Below are positions 1 through 10,908 of a stretch of DNA of 64,000 nucleotides, in pieces. The stretch is taken from positions 15,411 to 79,410 of the forward strand of contig LBOM01000003.1 in NCBI GenBank assembly GCA_000989515.1, written 5' to 3'. The notes beneath the pieces are model-generated. The model did no database searches and had not been told where the DNA came from. It saw nothing but the letters and a program-made list of their open reading frames with translations. A program made the translations under genes and the position numbers. The stretch comes from Candidatus Nomurabacteria bacterium GW2011_GWE1_32_28. GTDB taxonomy: Bacteria; Patescibacteriota; Minisyncoccia; Phycocordibacterales; UBA9973. The stretch's first letter is position 1. Each line of letters starts with the position of its first letter.

Positions 1-1
1 A

Positions 2-379
2 AACAAACCCTCATCTAGTAGTGTGGAAAATCCTTATGAATCAGAAATAATTTCTCGAAACGGAATTCACTGGCATCCTGAGCTTTCTATATATATAAAA
101 GGAGAAAAAGTAGAAATCCCCGCAAATATTGGACTTGGTGCGGTTCATAATCCAATTCACACTCACGACGAAGATTCACAGTTAGGAGTTATCCATTTGG
201 AGTTTTCATCAGTAGTTCGAGGTAGAGATACTAAACTCAGTGAGTTTTTCAAAATTTGGAATAAGGATATAAACTCTTTCGGTTCAAATATAAGGATGAC
301 AGTAAATGGTGTAGATAAATTGGATTTTGGGAATTATTATATGAAAGATGGAGACAAGATAGTGCTCAATTATGATTAA
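2..379 (+). CDS. conserved hypothetical His-rich protein (HWH...IPANIG...HTHD...GVIH), probably 5'-truncated by the window edge
   Basis: Frame is open upstream of the GTG at 23 to the window start; motif pattern resembles small CPR/archaeal putative metal-binding proteins. Confidence 0.6.
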   Translation, partial: NKPSSSSVENPYESEIISRNGIHWHPELSIYIKGEKVEIPANIGLGAVHNPIHTHDEDSQLGVIHLEFSSVVRGRDTKLSEFFKIWNKDINSFGSNIRMTVNGVDKLDFGNYYMKDGDKIVLNYD

Positions 380-402
380 AATAAATATTAACTTATAAAA
401 CA

Positions 403-1410
403 ATGAAAAATTACAAATTTTATGTAACTGGAACACACTGCGCATCATGTAAAATCTTGATAGAAGATATTTTGAATGAGCAGTCTTTTGTTGTTAAATC
501 AAATGTAAATCTAAAAAATGAGACCGTAGATGTTGAAATGAATACTGAACAGAACATAGACGAAATCGCAACCATTCTTGCAGATAAAATTAAACCCAAT
601 GGATACTCTTTGTCGGTTGAAAAAAAACTTAATAAAAATAAAGAAGATGATGTTATTTGGAAAGCTATACCTATTGGTTTAGTTTTTCTTGTCTTATTTT
701 TCATATTACAAAAATCAGGAATTCTCAATTTAGGTATTGGAGGTAAGACTACTCCAATGACAAGTTTTATCGTTGGTCTTATTGCATCTGTTTCAAGTTG
801 TCTTGCGATTGTCGGTGGTCTAGTATTATCTCTTTCTGCGAAAATCTCTGAAGATAATATAAGCGATACTAAAACTTTCATACTTTTTCATACTGGTAGA
901 TTAGTCAGCTTTGCTCTTTTGGGTGGAGTTTTAGGACTTATAGGTAATGCTATTGGTATAAGTTTCACATTCTCAGCAATACTAGGTATTGTGGCTTCAA
1001 TCGTTATGCTACTACTTGGCTTAAATTTAGTAGGAGTTTTTAAAAAGAGTAATGTTACATTACCTTCAGGTGTTTTTAATTTCTTTAGAAAGGTTGAACA
1101 TAAAACTTTAACTCCTCTTATTATAGGATTTGCCACATTCTTCTTACCATGTGGATTTACACAGGCTATGCAAGTAGCAGCTATTTCAAGTGGATCTTTT
1201 ATGTCTGGATTATTGATTATGTTTGCATTTGCTCTTGGAACATTACCAGTGCTTTCAATTCTATCTTTTGGATCGGCATCTTTTGCGCATGGTAAACATG
1301 CACCATTATTCTTTAAATCTGCGGGAGTTGTTGTCGTAGGTCTTGGTATATTTGCTTTACTCGCAGGGCTAGCAGGTCTCGGTGTTATAAATCCATTATT
1401 TAATATTTAA
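403..1410 (+). CDS. heavy-metal-associated (HMA) domain + DsbD_2/TauE-like membrane protein
   Basis: N-terminal GTHCASC motif; SSCLAIVGG and FFLPCGFTQ motifs; several TM helices. Confidence 0.85.
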   Translation: MKNYKFYVTGTHCASCKILIEDILNEQSFVVKSNVNLKNETVDVEMNTEQNIDEIATILADKIKPNGYSLSVEKKLNKNKEDDVIWKAIPIGLVFLVLFFILQKSGILNLGIGGKTTPMTSFIVGLIASVSSCLAIVGGLVLSLSAKISEDNISDTKTFILFHTGRLVSFALLGGVLGLIGNAIGISFTFSAILGIVASIVMLLLGLNLVGVFKKSNVTLPSGVFNFFRKVEHKTLTPLIIGFATFFLPCGFTQAMQVAAISSGSFMSGLLIMFAFALGTLPVLSILSFGSASFAHGKHAPLFFKSAGVVVVGLGIFALLAGLAGLGVINPLFNI

Positions 1411-1428
1411 TTTTGATATAATTACTTT

Positions 1429-1818
1429 ATGAACAAAACAGTTTCAATAATCATTACGCTAGGTCTTATTGTTGCCATAGGTATTGTTTTAACAGGTGGA
1501 TCAACAACAAAAGACTCTAGTAAAATAATTCAAAATACCGAGATAAAAGAAGGGATACAATACATAACAATTGATGCTAAGGGTGGGTATTCTCCACAAC
1601 TAAGTAATGCTAAAGCAGGTATTCCTACAAAATTAATTGTAAAAACAAGCGGTACATACGACTGTTCAGCTTCTTTGGTTATTAAATCAATTAATTATCA
1701 AAAAATTCTCTCTCAATCAGCAGAAGAAATAATTGATATCGGCATACCTAAAGTTGGTGAGCCACTCAGGGGAACTTGTGGTATGGGAATGTATAATTTT
1801 GAAATAGATTTCAGTTAA
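1429..1818 (+). CDS. membrane-anchored cupredoxin-like protein
   Basis: N-terminal TM, GGYSP, CGMGM copper-ligand motif. Confidence 0.8.
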   Translation: MNKTVSIIITLGLIVAIGIVLTGGSTTKDSSKIIQNTEIKEGIQYITIDAKGGYSPQLSNAKAGIPTKLIVKTSGTYDCSASLVIKSINYQKILSQSAEEIIDIGIPKVGEPLRGTCGMGMYNFEIDFS

Positions 1819-1855
1819 GAAAAAAGAACGACAATTGTCGTTCTTTTTTCTTAAC
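1814..1855. terminator. perfect 42-bp palindrome, bidirectional intrinsic terminator
   Basis: gttaagaaaaaagaacgacaattgtcgttcttttttcttaac between convergent transcription units. Confidence 0.8.
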
Positions 1856-1922
1856 ATTTAGGTTTGTGGGTCGCACTTAGTACATAACTAAATGGGTCAT
1901 CAAAACTAACAGGTTGTCAATG

Positions 1923-2007
1923 CGGAGGCGGAGAGATTCGAACTCTCGGTGGGTTTCCCCACACAGACTTTCCAGGTCTGCGCACTAGACCGCTATGCGA
2001 CGCCTCC
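1923..2007 (-). tRNA. tRNA-Ser(GGA)
   Basis: Acceptor GGAGGCG/CGCCTCC, G73, anticodon arm CAGAC-CTGGAAA-GTCTG, long variable arm, TTCGAAT T-loop; CCA not encoded. Confidence 0.95.
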
Positions 2008-2021
2008 AAATTTAAAATATA

Positions 2022-2555
2022 TTAAATTTTTACTTCTACTAAAGAAGAACTATTTTTAACCAACAGAGAATCTTCAGTTAAAAGCCATTTATTTATTAAC
2101 GGACTCAGGGTAACTGCAAAACCGATATTTCCTAACAAATGAAGGAGAGTAAATGGTATTTGCATAAAAAGAGCATTAACCATATTTTGTCCGAAAAATG
2201 GAGCAAACAAAACACCAGTCACTATGTCATAAAAAATTGTGGCAAAAAATGAAAAAATAGCAAAATGAAAAATTGAAGTCTTAAATTTATTAAAATAAAA
2301 AAATGAAACAAGACCAACAAATCCATAAGTAAAAGCTGTTATCCAAGTCCAAGATCCTAAATTGGTAAAAGAATCATAAATAATAATACTTAAAAACCCA
2401 AATAAAAAGCCTTGTATTGCACCATTTTTACGCCCTATAGGCATTATAGAAGCCATTATAGGCTCAACATTTGGAGCCCTTAAAGGCAACAGTCTAAATA
2501 ATAGACAGCCAACAAATATAGTAAAAGTTTTAAATTTATTTGTCATATCTCGCAT
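2022..2555 (-). CDS. ECF transporter S-component-like membrane protein
   Basis: FRLLP..PNVEP motif, about 6 TM helices, C-terminal IPF...GN. Confidence 0.65.
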   Translation of the reverse strand: MRDMTNKFKTFTIFVGCLLFRLLPLRAPNVEPIMASIMPIGRKNGAIQGFLFGFLSIIIYDSFTNLGSWTWITAFTYGFVGLVSFFYFNKFKTSIFHFAIFSFFATIFYDIVTGVLFAPFFGQNMVNALFMQIPFTLLHLLGNIGFAVTLSPLINKWLLTEDSLLVKNSSSLVEVKI

Positions 2556-2561
2556 GGAATT

Positions 2562-4619
<2,058 letters not shown>

Positions 4620-5072
4620 TTAATAAGTTAATTCAATTTGTCTTTCAACTGTATTATTTCCTGGTATACATCCATCATTATATCCTTTAGAAATAATAGT
4701 AGTCATTGTTGGATCGGTTTTATCAACAGTCACAAGTGCACAAGCATTATCAGACCCTCCTAAACCAGCAACATTAAAAGTCCAAACTTTCGATGGAGAT
4801 TCTGTTGTAGATATAGAGATATTATTACAAGAGAAAGTAGGAGCAGTCGATTCTAAAAAAAGATTAGACACTCTATCATGAAAAAGAGCACACTCAGATC
4901 CTACATCAGCTGCAAAAAATGCATTATTTGTATCTTTTACTGAAGTACTAAACTTAATTTCTTTATATGCAATATCTACAACACCTAAAGTTATAGCTAA
5001 AATAATACTAGACAACATAACAGCAAAAAGTATTACAAAACCTTTATTCTTTTTTATTTTTTCTTTTTGCAT
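4620..5072 (-). CDS. PilX-like minor pilin
   Basis: KGFVILFAV prepilin-like N-terminus lacking E5; AFFAADVGSECA. Confidence 0.75.
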   Translation of the reverse strand: MQKEKIKKNKGFVILFAVMLSSIILAITLGVVDIAYKEIKFSTSVKDTNNAFFAADVGSECALFHDRVSNLFLESTAPTFSCNNISISTTESPSKVWTFNVAGLGGSDNACALVTVDKTDPTMTTIISKGYNDGCIPGNNTVERQIELTY

Positions 5073-5111
5073 TTTAATTCGTAATTTGTAATTATTGGTT
5101 CATAATTATTT
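5073..5111 (-). repeat. degenerate AATTACG heptamer array (first of about 18 intergenic arrays)
   Basis: ttaattcgtaatttgtaattatt on +; similar arrays at 5703-5738, 11968-11991, 45475-45505, 46040-46082, 46490-46521, 47430-47458, 47765-47804, 51770-51803, 52090-52120, 52781-52801, 53423-53461, 57919-57953. Confidence 0.8.
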
Positions 5112-5702
5112 CTATTTTATCCAATTAAATAAATTTTCTGAAAAAGTCACATTATAAGTTCCTGATCCTTGAGTCCATTCAACCTCAGAATATATTTTTA
5201 TTTCTTTATCTTGATCTATTACATTTACCCAAATTTTACGAGTAAAACCAGAATCTGAACCAGTTAAATTAGTATTATAATTTCCATTATCTAAATATAC
5301 TTTACAAATATCAGGGTCAGAAGTACATTTTTCAATAAAATTCGAGTCAAGTGGAATATAAAGTGAAGTATTAAAACCACATTCACCACCACTCGAATTA
5401 CATGAGACTAGTTTAGTTCTAAAATTACCCCAAGCATTATTTACTCCAGTCAAAGCATAAGTGTCACGCATGTTTCTAATATATTCAATACCCTCTTGTG
5501 CTAAATACCCTGCTATATTTTTATTATTAGCAAAACGTGTATTAGAAATACTACTGCCTAAAATAGACATCAATGATATTAAAGAGATAGTAAAAATAGC
5601 AATAGCAACAAGTGTCTCAACTAATGTGAAACCACCTGAAACTTTCTTTAAAAAATCCTGCTGAGTAAAAGCTTTATTCTTTTTTATTTTATCTTTTTGC
5701 AT
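5112..5702 (-). CDS. PilV-like minor pilin
   Basis: GFTLVETLVA cleavage motif; AQEGIEYIRNMRD. Confidence 0.85.
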   Translation of the reverse strand: MQKDKIKKNKAFTQQDFLKKVSGGFTLVETLVAIAIFTISLISLMSILGSSISNTRFANNKNIAGYLAQEGIEYIRNMRDTYALTGVNNAWGNFRTKLVSCNSSGGECGFNTSLYIPLDSNFIEKCTSDPDICKVYLDNGNYNTNLTGSDSGFTRKIWVNVIDQDKEIKIYSEVEWTQGSGTYNVTFSENLFNWIK

Positions 5703-5738
5703 TTTAATTCGTAACTCATAATTATCAATTCGTAATTT

Positions 5739-6287
5739 TTAATTTATATCCAATAAACGCTGAGAAACTGAAGTCTGTAAAGAAAAAGGTGTTAGAGAAC
5801 CATCACTCTCTGTTATCGCCCCAGACAACATAATCGTTACTAATGGTTGTTGTGTATCTGGTGTACTAAATGGTTCTGCACCAACCACAACAAAACCAGA
5901 ATTGTTTATTTTTACTTCAGAAGGAGTAAGTTCTGTATCTACTCCAGAAATAGATCTGAAAATAGCATTACCACTTATTCTGTAACTCCATGCTGTAGAA
6001 TCAGAAGATATAAAAGATAATGTTGTTCCACCACTTGAACAATTTGGTCCTCTATCACAACTATAATTAGATCCTGTTCGTATGTTTCTAGACATATCTT
6101 CCATAATAAAATTTAAATTATCTACAATTGAACGTTTATTTTGTGATTTCTTGTGAAGCGCATTTGCGTTTAAAAGAGCCCCCATACCTATCGTAATAAT
6201 AATAAGAAACAAAGAAATAGCTATCATTGTTTCTATTATTGTATAACCAGTATTTTTTGATTTTTTAATTTGTCTTTTATAATTCAT
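5739..6287 (-). CDS. PilW/PulJ-like minor pilin
   Basis: GYTIIETMIA prepilin motif; C-terminal LQTSVSQR. Confidence 0.85.
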   Translation of the reverse strand: MNYKRQIKKSKNTGYTIIETMIAISLFLIIITIGMGALLNANALHKKSQNKRSIVDNLNFIMEDMSRNIRTGSNYSCDRGPNCSSGGTTLSFISSDSTAWSYRISGNAIFRSISGVDTELTPSEVKINNSGFVVVGAEPFSTPDTQQPLVTIMLSGAITESDGSLTPFSLQTSVSQRLLDIN

Positions 6288-6292
6288 AATTT

Positions 6293-6925
6293 TTAATTAA
6301 TTTGAATTCTACCTGAAGGATAAATCTTGATATATCCTGGATTGACTGAATCATCCGAAGAATAAACAGTAATCCGCACATACACAGAACTAGTAATTGT
6401 AATTGAAGTATTATCTGAATAACTAAAAGTTGCTCCAGAGTTTGGTCTTTTAAAAGTAATGGATAAAGGGTCTTCGATTAAATCAGGATTAGAACAATCC
6501 ACCGTTGTGCAACTTTCTATTTTATATTTATTTCCTTTGGTAATAATAATATCATTTAAACATTCACCACTACAGATTAAGCTACTAAAAAAATTACTAT
6601 TATTAAGATCCACAAAATAAATAAAATGTTGAGGACTATCTGGATCAAAATAAACTCCATAAGCAGGTTTCCAGTTTAAGATTGAATTCTTGCCTGATGG
6701 TGGTAATTTACCAGAGACAGAAGATTTTTGTGCCTCCACTATTTTTAATGCAACATCATTTGATAAAACCCTTATATCTATATTAGATTCAAAACCTTTA
6801 TAATTAAAAAGAACAACAGAACTCATTACAGAAAAAATACTTAAAACTACTATAAGCTCCACATATGTCATACCAGCCTGACAATTACGAATTACGAATT
6901 TAAAATTACGAATTTTTTTTATCAT
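6293..6925 (-). CDS. FimT/PulH-like minor pilin
   Basis: GMTYVELIVV prepilin motif; C-terminal IYPSGRI. Confidence 0.85.
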   Translation of the reverse strand: MIKKIRNFKFVIRNCQAGMTYVELIVVLSIFSVMSSVVLFNYKGFESNIDIRVLSNDVALKIVEAQKSSVSGKLPPSGKNSILNWKPAYGVYFDPDSPQHFIYFVDLNNSNFFSSLICSGECLNDIIITKGNKYKIESCTTVDCSNPDLIEDPLSITFKRPNSGATFSYSDNTSITITSSVYVRITVYSSDDSVNPGYIKIYPSGRIQIN

Positions 6926-6931
6926 TTTTAT

Positions 6932-7723
6932 TTAAAAACCAATTGGGAAAAGATGTAATTCAAAAAGAAATGCTATAAACACCCCCAAGACTAGAAAAGG
7001 AGCAAAGGGAATCTCTGTTTTCAATCCATTCTTTTTTGAGAAAACAATAAGTATAAGACCTACTATTGCTCCAGACCAAAAAGCTACGACTGCACCAGAT
7101 AATATTCTACTATATCCAAGAAGCCATCCGAGCCCAAGCGAGAGCTTTGCATCTCCAAGTCCCATCCACGTACCTTTTGAAACAAGCCACAAAAATGCAA
7201 AAGGTAATGCCAAAAATAAACCAGATAAAAGTTCCAAAACTGTTGGAATATGAGGATAAAATAAATAATTAGAAAAGAAAAATAATCCAACAAAAGTCAC
7301 AATACCAAAAATAAGAGAAAAGATGTCTGGTATTATTTTATGCTTAAAATCATAAACAGCTATAATTAAAAGCACAGAAAACATCACAGCATAATATGCA
7401 TAAGAAATACTAAAAACAAGTGTATTCAAATAAAATATATCTTGAAACTTTAAAAAAATACCAGCAAAAATAAGACCAGTTATAAGCTCAACTATGGGAT
7501 ATTGAATTGAAATCTTTGACTTACAACCAAGACATTTTCCCTTTATAAACAAAAAACTAAACAAAGGTATAAGTTCATACCAAGAAAGTTTTTTCTGACA
7601 AGTCATACAACCACTTCTCCCATTAAAAGAACGTCCAGTATTAAATCTTAGAATAACAACATTCAAAAAACTCCCAATAATAATACCTAACCCGAAAAAT
7701 ATAATTGTTATAATAGATGTCAT
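6932..7723 (-). CDS. pilD: prepilin peptidase (A24)
   Basis: GSFLNV, two CxxC pairs, YDFKH, MGLGDAKL, IPFAPFL. Confidence 0.95.
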   Translation of the reverse strand: MTSIITIIFFGLGIIIGSFLNVVILRFNTGRSFNGRSGCMTCQKKLSWYELIPLFSFLFIKGKCLGCKSKISIQYPIVELITGLIFAGIFLKFQDIFYLNTLVFSISYAYYAVMFSVLLIIAVYDFKHKIIPDIFSLIFGIVTFVGLFFFSNYLFYPHIPTVLELLSGLFLALPFAFLWLVSKGTWMGLGDAKLSLGLGWLLGYSRILSGAVVAFWSGAIVGLILIVFSKKNGLKTEIPFAPFLVLGVFIAFLFELHLFPIGF

Positions 7724-7733
7724 AAAATTTTGA

Positions 7734-8222
7734 TTAATTACAGAGATGAGTGGTGCTATTAATAACTAATGATGGAATACCATTTACTAATCTTGCTGCA
7801 CCTGTCACATCAACACACCAAGAAGTACTTGGTGTCACTCCAACTGCAACAGACCAGATATCTCTAGAATTATAACAATAACTACCATTTCTTCCCCTAC
7901 TAACTGCCTCAGCAATAGAATTAACAACATCTTTATTTCTAGAAAACATATTAGTCCCGGATGCATTATAAACTAAAGGACAAACACCACTAACAGCTAT
8001 GTCACCAGTTGGTAAATAAGTACTATTATTATTTAAATAAAAAATTTCAATAGCAGCTCGAGTTGTTGCTAAATTACTTTTTACTGCTGTTTCTTCACCT
8101 CTTTTTTTAGCATTACTTAAGTACCCAAGAGTAATCGAAGCTAAAAGTCCAATAATAGCAACCACGACTAATAATTCTATAAGGGTAAAACCTTTTTCTT
8201 TTTTTAAATTTATTTTTTTCAT
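7734..8222 (-). CDS. type IV pilin (third paralogue)
   Basis: Start re-called at ATG 8222 (MKKINLKKEKGFTLIELLVVVAIIG); C-terminal WCVD. Confidence 0.9.
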   Translation of the reverse strand: MKKINLKKEKGFTLIELLVVVAIIGLLASITLGYLSNAKKRGEETAVKSNLATTRAAIEIFYLNNNSTYLPTGDIAVSGVCPLVYNASGTNMFSRNKDVVNSIAEAVSRGRNGSYCYNSRDIWSVAVGVTPSTSWCVDVTGAARLVNGIPSLVINSTTHLCN

Positions 8223-8245
8223 AATTTTTTTAAAAAAACTTTTTA

Positions 8246-8737
8246 TTATGATGCTGGGCAAGCTGTAGCAGCTGCAGTAAGTAATGTTGTTCTCTGTACA
8301 GATAAACCAGTCCAATCAACACACCAATATGTCCCGGTAGCTTGTTTAAGGGGAGCTTGTGCTACCCATGTTCCAGAAGCAGAATTACAAACAGCAGTTG
8401 TTGTTGTCTCTAGAGTGTTAAACACAACAGTTGACCCTGATGAATTTGCTGCAGCCAAAACATTAGCATATATTCCCTTCACTGCAGGACTACCAACAGA
8501 AGCTGTACTTTGACAAACATCCGTTGCATTTGTGCCCCCATCATACCTATTTCCATTTTCATTATAAAAAAGCTCTGCTTGTGCACGAGCATTCGCTAAG
8601 TTTGCCTTAATAGCAGCGTCTGCACCTTTTGAACGAGCTGTGTTAAGTGACGCCAAAACAACTGAAGCCAAAATACCAATGATAGCGACAACAACCAACA
8701 ACTCAATCAACGTAAAACCTTTTTTAAAATTCTTCAT
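8246..8737 (-). CDS. type IV major pilin paralogue 2
   Basis: KGFTLIELLVVVAIIGILAS; WCVD...CP C-terminus. Confidence 0.95.
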   Translation of the reverse strand: MKNFKKGFTLIELLVVVAIIGILASVVLASLNTARSKGADAAIKANLANARAQAELFYNENGNRYDGGTNATDVCQSTASVGSPAVKGIYANVLAAANSSGSTVVFNTLETTTTAVCNSASGTWVAQAPLKQATGTYWCVDWTGLSVQRTTLLTAAATACPAS

Positions 8738-8898
8738 CCATTTTAGAAATCATACTATCCGTACATATATTTTTATACATAAAGAAAATTGATTTATGTT
8801 ATTTTTATAATTTTTCCCCATTTTTTAAATTTTAAACAGGATTCATAAAAAAATTAATATTATTTAAGACCTTTTTTTATTATACCACTATCAAAAAC

Positions 8899-8934
8899 AA
8901 AAACCACCTCGAATCAAAATACGAGATGGTTTTT
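8899..8934 (-). terminator. probable intrinsic terminator after pilin paralogue 1
   Basis: aaaaaccacctcg...cgagatggttttt hairpin with flanking A/T tracts. Confidence 0.6.
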
Positions 8935-8969
8935 TATTATCTAAATTATCTAAACAATTTAGACTATTA

Positions 8970-9455
8970 TTACGGGCAAGCTGTCCCAGAAGTAGGTATT
9001 GCTGATGTTTGTTTTGAAACACCTGTTGAGTCAACACACCAAGCTGTGCCGGCAGTAGCTTTCAAAGGAAAAGAAGCTACCCAAGCAGATGTAGTACCTA
9101 TAGTGGAATTACACCAACCTGTTGCCCCAGCTGAAGTAGCAGCTGCTCTAACAGCGGCCTCTATGGTCGTATTATCAAAAAGAGAACCAGCTGTTGGTAC
9201 CCATGCTCCTGTTCCTGAGGCGAGCGCCAAACAACCAGTGGCAGAATTAGCAGCAGTACCATAAGCACCTGGTGTCTCATCATATACGATCTCAGCTTGA
9301 GCACGAATGTTTGCCAAGTTTGCTTTAATAGCAGCATCTGCACCCTTTGCACGAGCAGTGTTTAGTGATGCCAAAACAACTGAAGCCAAAATACCGATGA
9401 TAGCGACAACGACCAACAATTCAATCAACGTAAAACCTTTTTTAAAATTCTTCAT
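8970..9455 (-). CDS. type IV major pilin paralogue 1
   Basis: KGFTLIELLVVVAIIGILAS; WCVDS...CP. Confidence 0.95.
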   Translation of the reverse strand: MKNFKKGFTLIELLVVVAIIGILASVVLASLNTARAKGADAAIKANLANIRAQAEIVYDETPGAYGTAANSATGCLALASGTGAWVPTAGSLFDNTTIEAAVRAAATSAGATGWCNSTIGTTSAWVASFPLKATAGTAWCVDSTGVSKQTSAIPTSGTACP

Positions 9456-9497
9456 AATTTTTTCGTTTCATTTTAGATGAAACAATTTATACTAACT

Positions 9498-9527
9498 TCA
9501 GCCATAGGCTGATCCGCCAATGGCGGA
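9498..9527. repeat. 30-nt double-hairpin repeat
   Basis: TCAGCC-ATA-GGCTGA followed directly by TCCGCC-AAT-GGCGGA. Confidence 0.85.
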
Positions 9528-9620
9528 AACTAATAATTTTTTCTCTGCTCTTTGGCAGAAATTTCGACTTTATTTTAATAAATATATTATAACTTTTATT
9601 ATTATATATATGCAAAAAAG

Positions 9621-9629
9621 TTATCCACA
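9621..9629 (+). promoter_or_regulatory. perfect DnaA-box consensus upstream of the pilin 1 -10 element
   Basis: TTATCCACA; TATAAT on the - strand at 9601-9606. Confidence 0.45.
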
Positions 9630-9654
9630 CAGTAATATATTATAATAATTAACC

Positions 9655-10863
9655 TTAACTTATACTACTAGACATATTATAAATAGGCATCAAAATAGAA
9701 ACTAAAAGAATACCAACACCTAGACCTAATACTACGATCATTATAGGTTCAATAAGCCCAACCAATGTATCTACAGCATCATCAACTTCTCTTTTATAAA
9801 ATTCAGATAAAGTTTTTAATATTTGACCCAAAGAACCCGTCTCCTCACCAACTTTTATCATTTGAATCATTATTCCTGGAATTTGCTCTCCATGTTTTTC
9901 AAGTGCAGAAGAAAGAGATAAACCTGATTTTACTCCATCTGCTGCTTTTTTTAAAATTTCTTTATATACCTTACTACCAACGACATCTGAAGTTATATCT
10001 ATTGACCTTACTATGGGTATACCAGAGGTAAGCATCGTATCCATATTGTCTGATATTCTCGAAAGATAAAGCTTTTTATATAAGTTACCTACTGCGGGTA
10101 TTGAAAGACGTAAATTATCAAGATATTCTTTTCCTTTTTCTGAAGAAGAAAGTCTCCACAACCATACACCTAAAAGTACAAGAAAAATAATCACAAGGAA
10201 ACCATACTGTACAAAAAAACCAGAAAGACTAATAATCATTTTTGTAAAAATTGGCGGCTCCTGTGCTGAATCTTCAATAATAACTGCAAGTTTTGGAATA
10301 ACAACAACAAACATAAGAGACATAACTACAAAAAATGTAATGACAACAAACAAAGGATAAATAAGTGCATTTTTTGTTTTAGAAGTAATAGCATATTGAC
10401 GATTTAAATAATTTGCTAAATGATCGAATGTTTCATTTAATTTACCAGTCTCCTCTCCAACCCTTACCATATTTATATAAAAATCTGAAAATACATCTGG
10501 ATGTTTTGCTAGTGCACCAGAGATAGAAACACCAGATTGAAGATCATCACTTATTTCAGAAAGCTTTTTTCCTAAAAGCTTATTTTCTGAATTAGAAGAC
10601 AACATGGTAAAAGCTTTCAATGCAGAAACTTGAGATGAAAATAATGTTGAAATTTGACGAGATAAAACAACAACATCTTTCGTTTTTATTTTTCCACCAA
10701 AAGACATAGAAAAAATAGATTTAGACTTACTTTCATCTTCAATTGATATAATAATCAAATCTCTTCTTTGAAGACCACTAATAGCCATATCACGATTTTG
10801 TGCATCTATTTCACCTTCTCTGTTTATTCCTTTATTATCTAATGCTTTATATTTAAATAACAT
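9655..10863 (-). CDS. pilC: type IV pilus platform protein (T2SS F family)
   Basis: MLFKYKA start; two GEETG repeats; LIEP. Confidence 0.95.
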   Translation of the reverse strand: MLFKYKALDNKGINREGEIDAQNRDMAISGLQRRDLIIISIEDESKSKSIFSMSFGGKIKTKDVVVLSRQISTLFSSQVSALKAFTMLSSNSENKLLGKKLSEISDDLQSGVSISGALAKHPDVFSDFYINMVRVGEETGKLNETFDHLANYLNRQYAITSKTKNALIYPLFVVITFFVVMSLMFVVVIPKLAVIIEDSAQEPPIFTKMIISLSGFFVQYGFLVIIFLVLLGVWLWRLSSSEKGKEYLDNLRLSIPAVGNLYKKLYLSRISDNMDTMLTSGIPIVRSIDITSDVVGSKVYKEILKKAADGVKSGLSLSSALEKHGEQIPGIMIQMIKVGEETGSLGQILKTLSEFYKREVDDAVDTLVGLIEPIMIVVLGLGVGILLVSILMPIYNMSSSIS

Positions 10864-10908
10864 AAAAATCAATTTAAAATTACGAATTATGAATTACAAA
10901 TTTAATTA

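Noticed and set aside
1-1922. Metal/redox cluster as an island integrated at tRNA-Ser(GGA)
   Set aside because: The position is suggestive, but no att duplicate or integrase is visible within the window.
8223-8315. N-terminal extension of the third pilin overlapping pilin 2
   Set aside because: The prepilin leader begins at ATG 8222; the extension is an alternative frame of the upstream gene.
8926-9264. Antisense and short shadow ORFs (e.g. 8926-9264, 420-881, 17269-17826, 43989-44555, 46924-47352, 60416-60859)
   Set aside because: They lie opposite well-supported genes and have no recognisable motifs.
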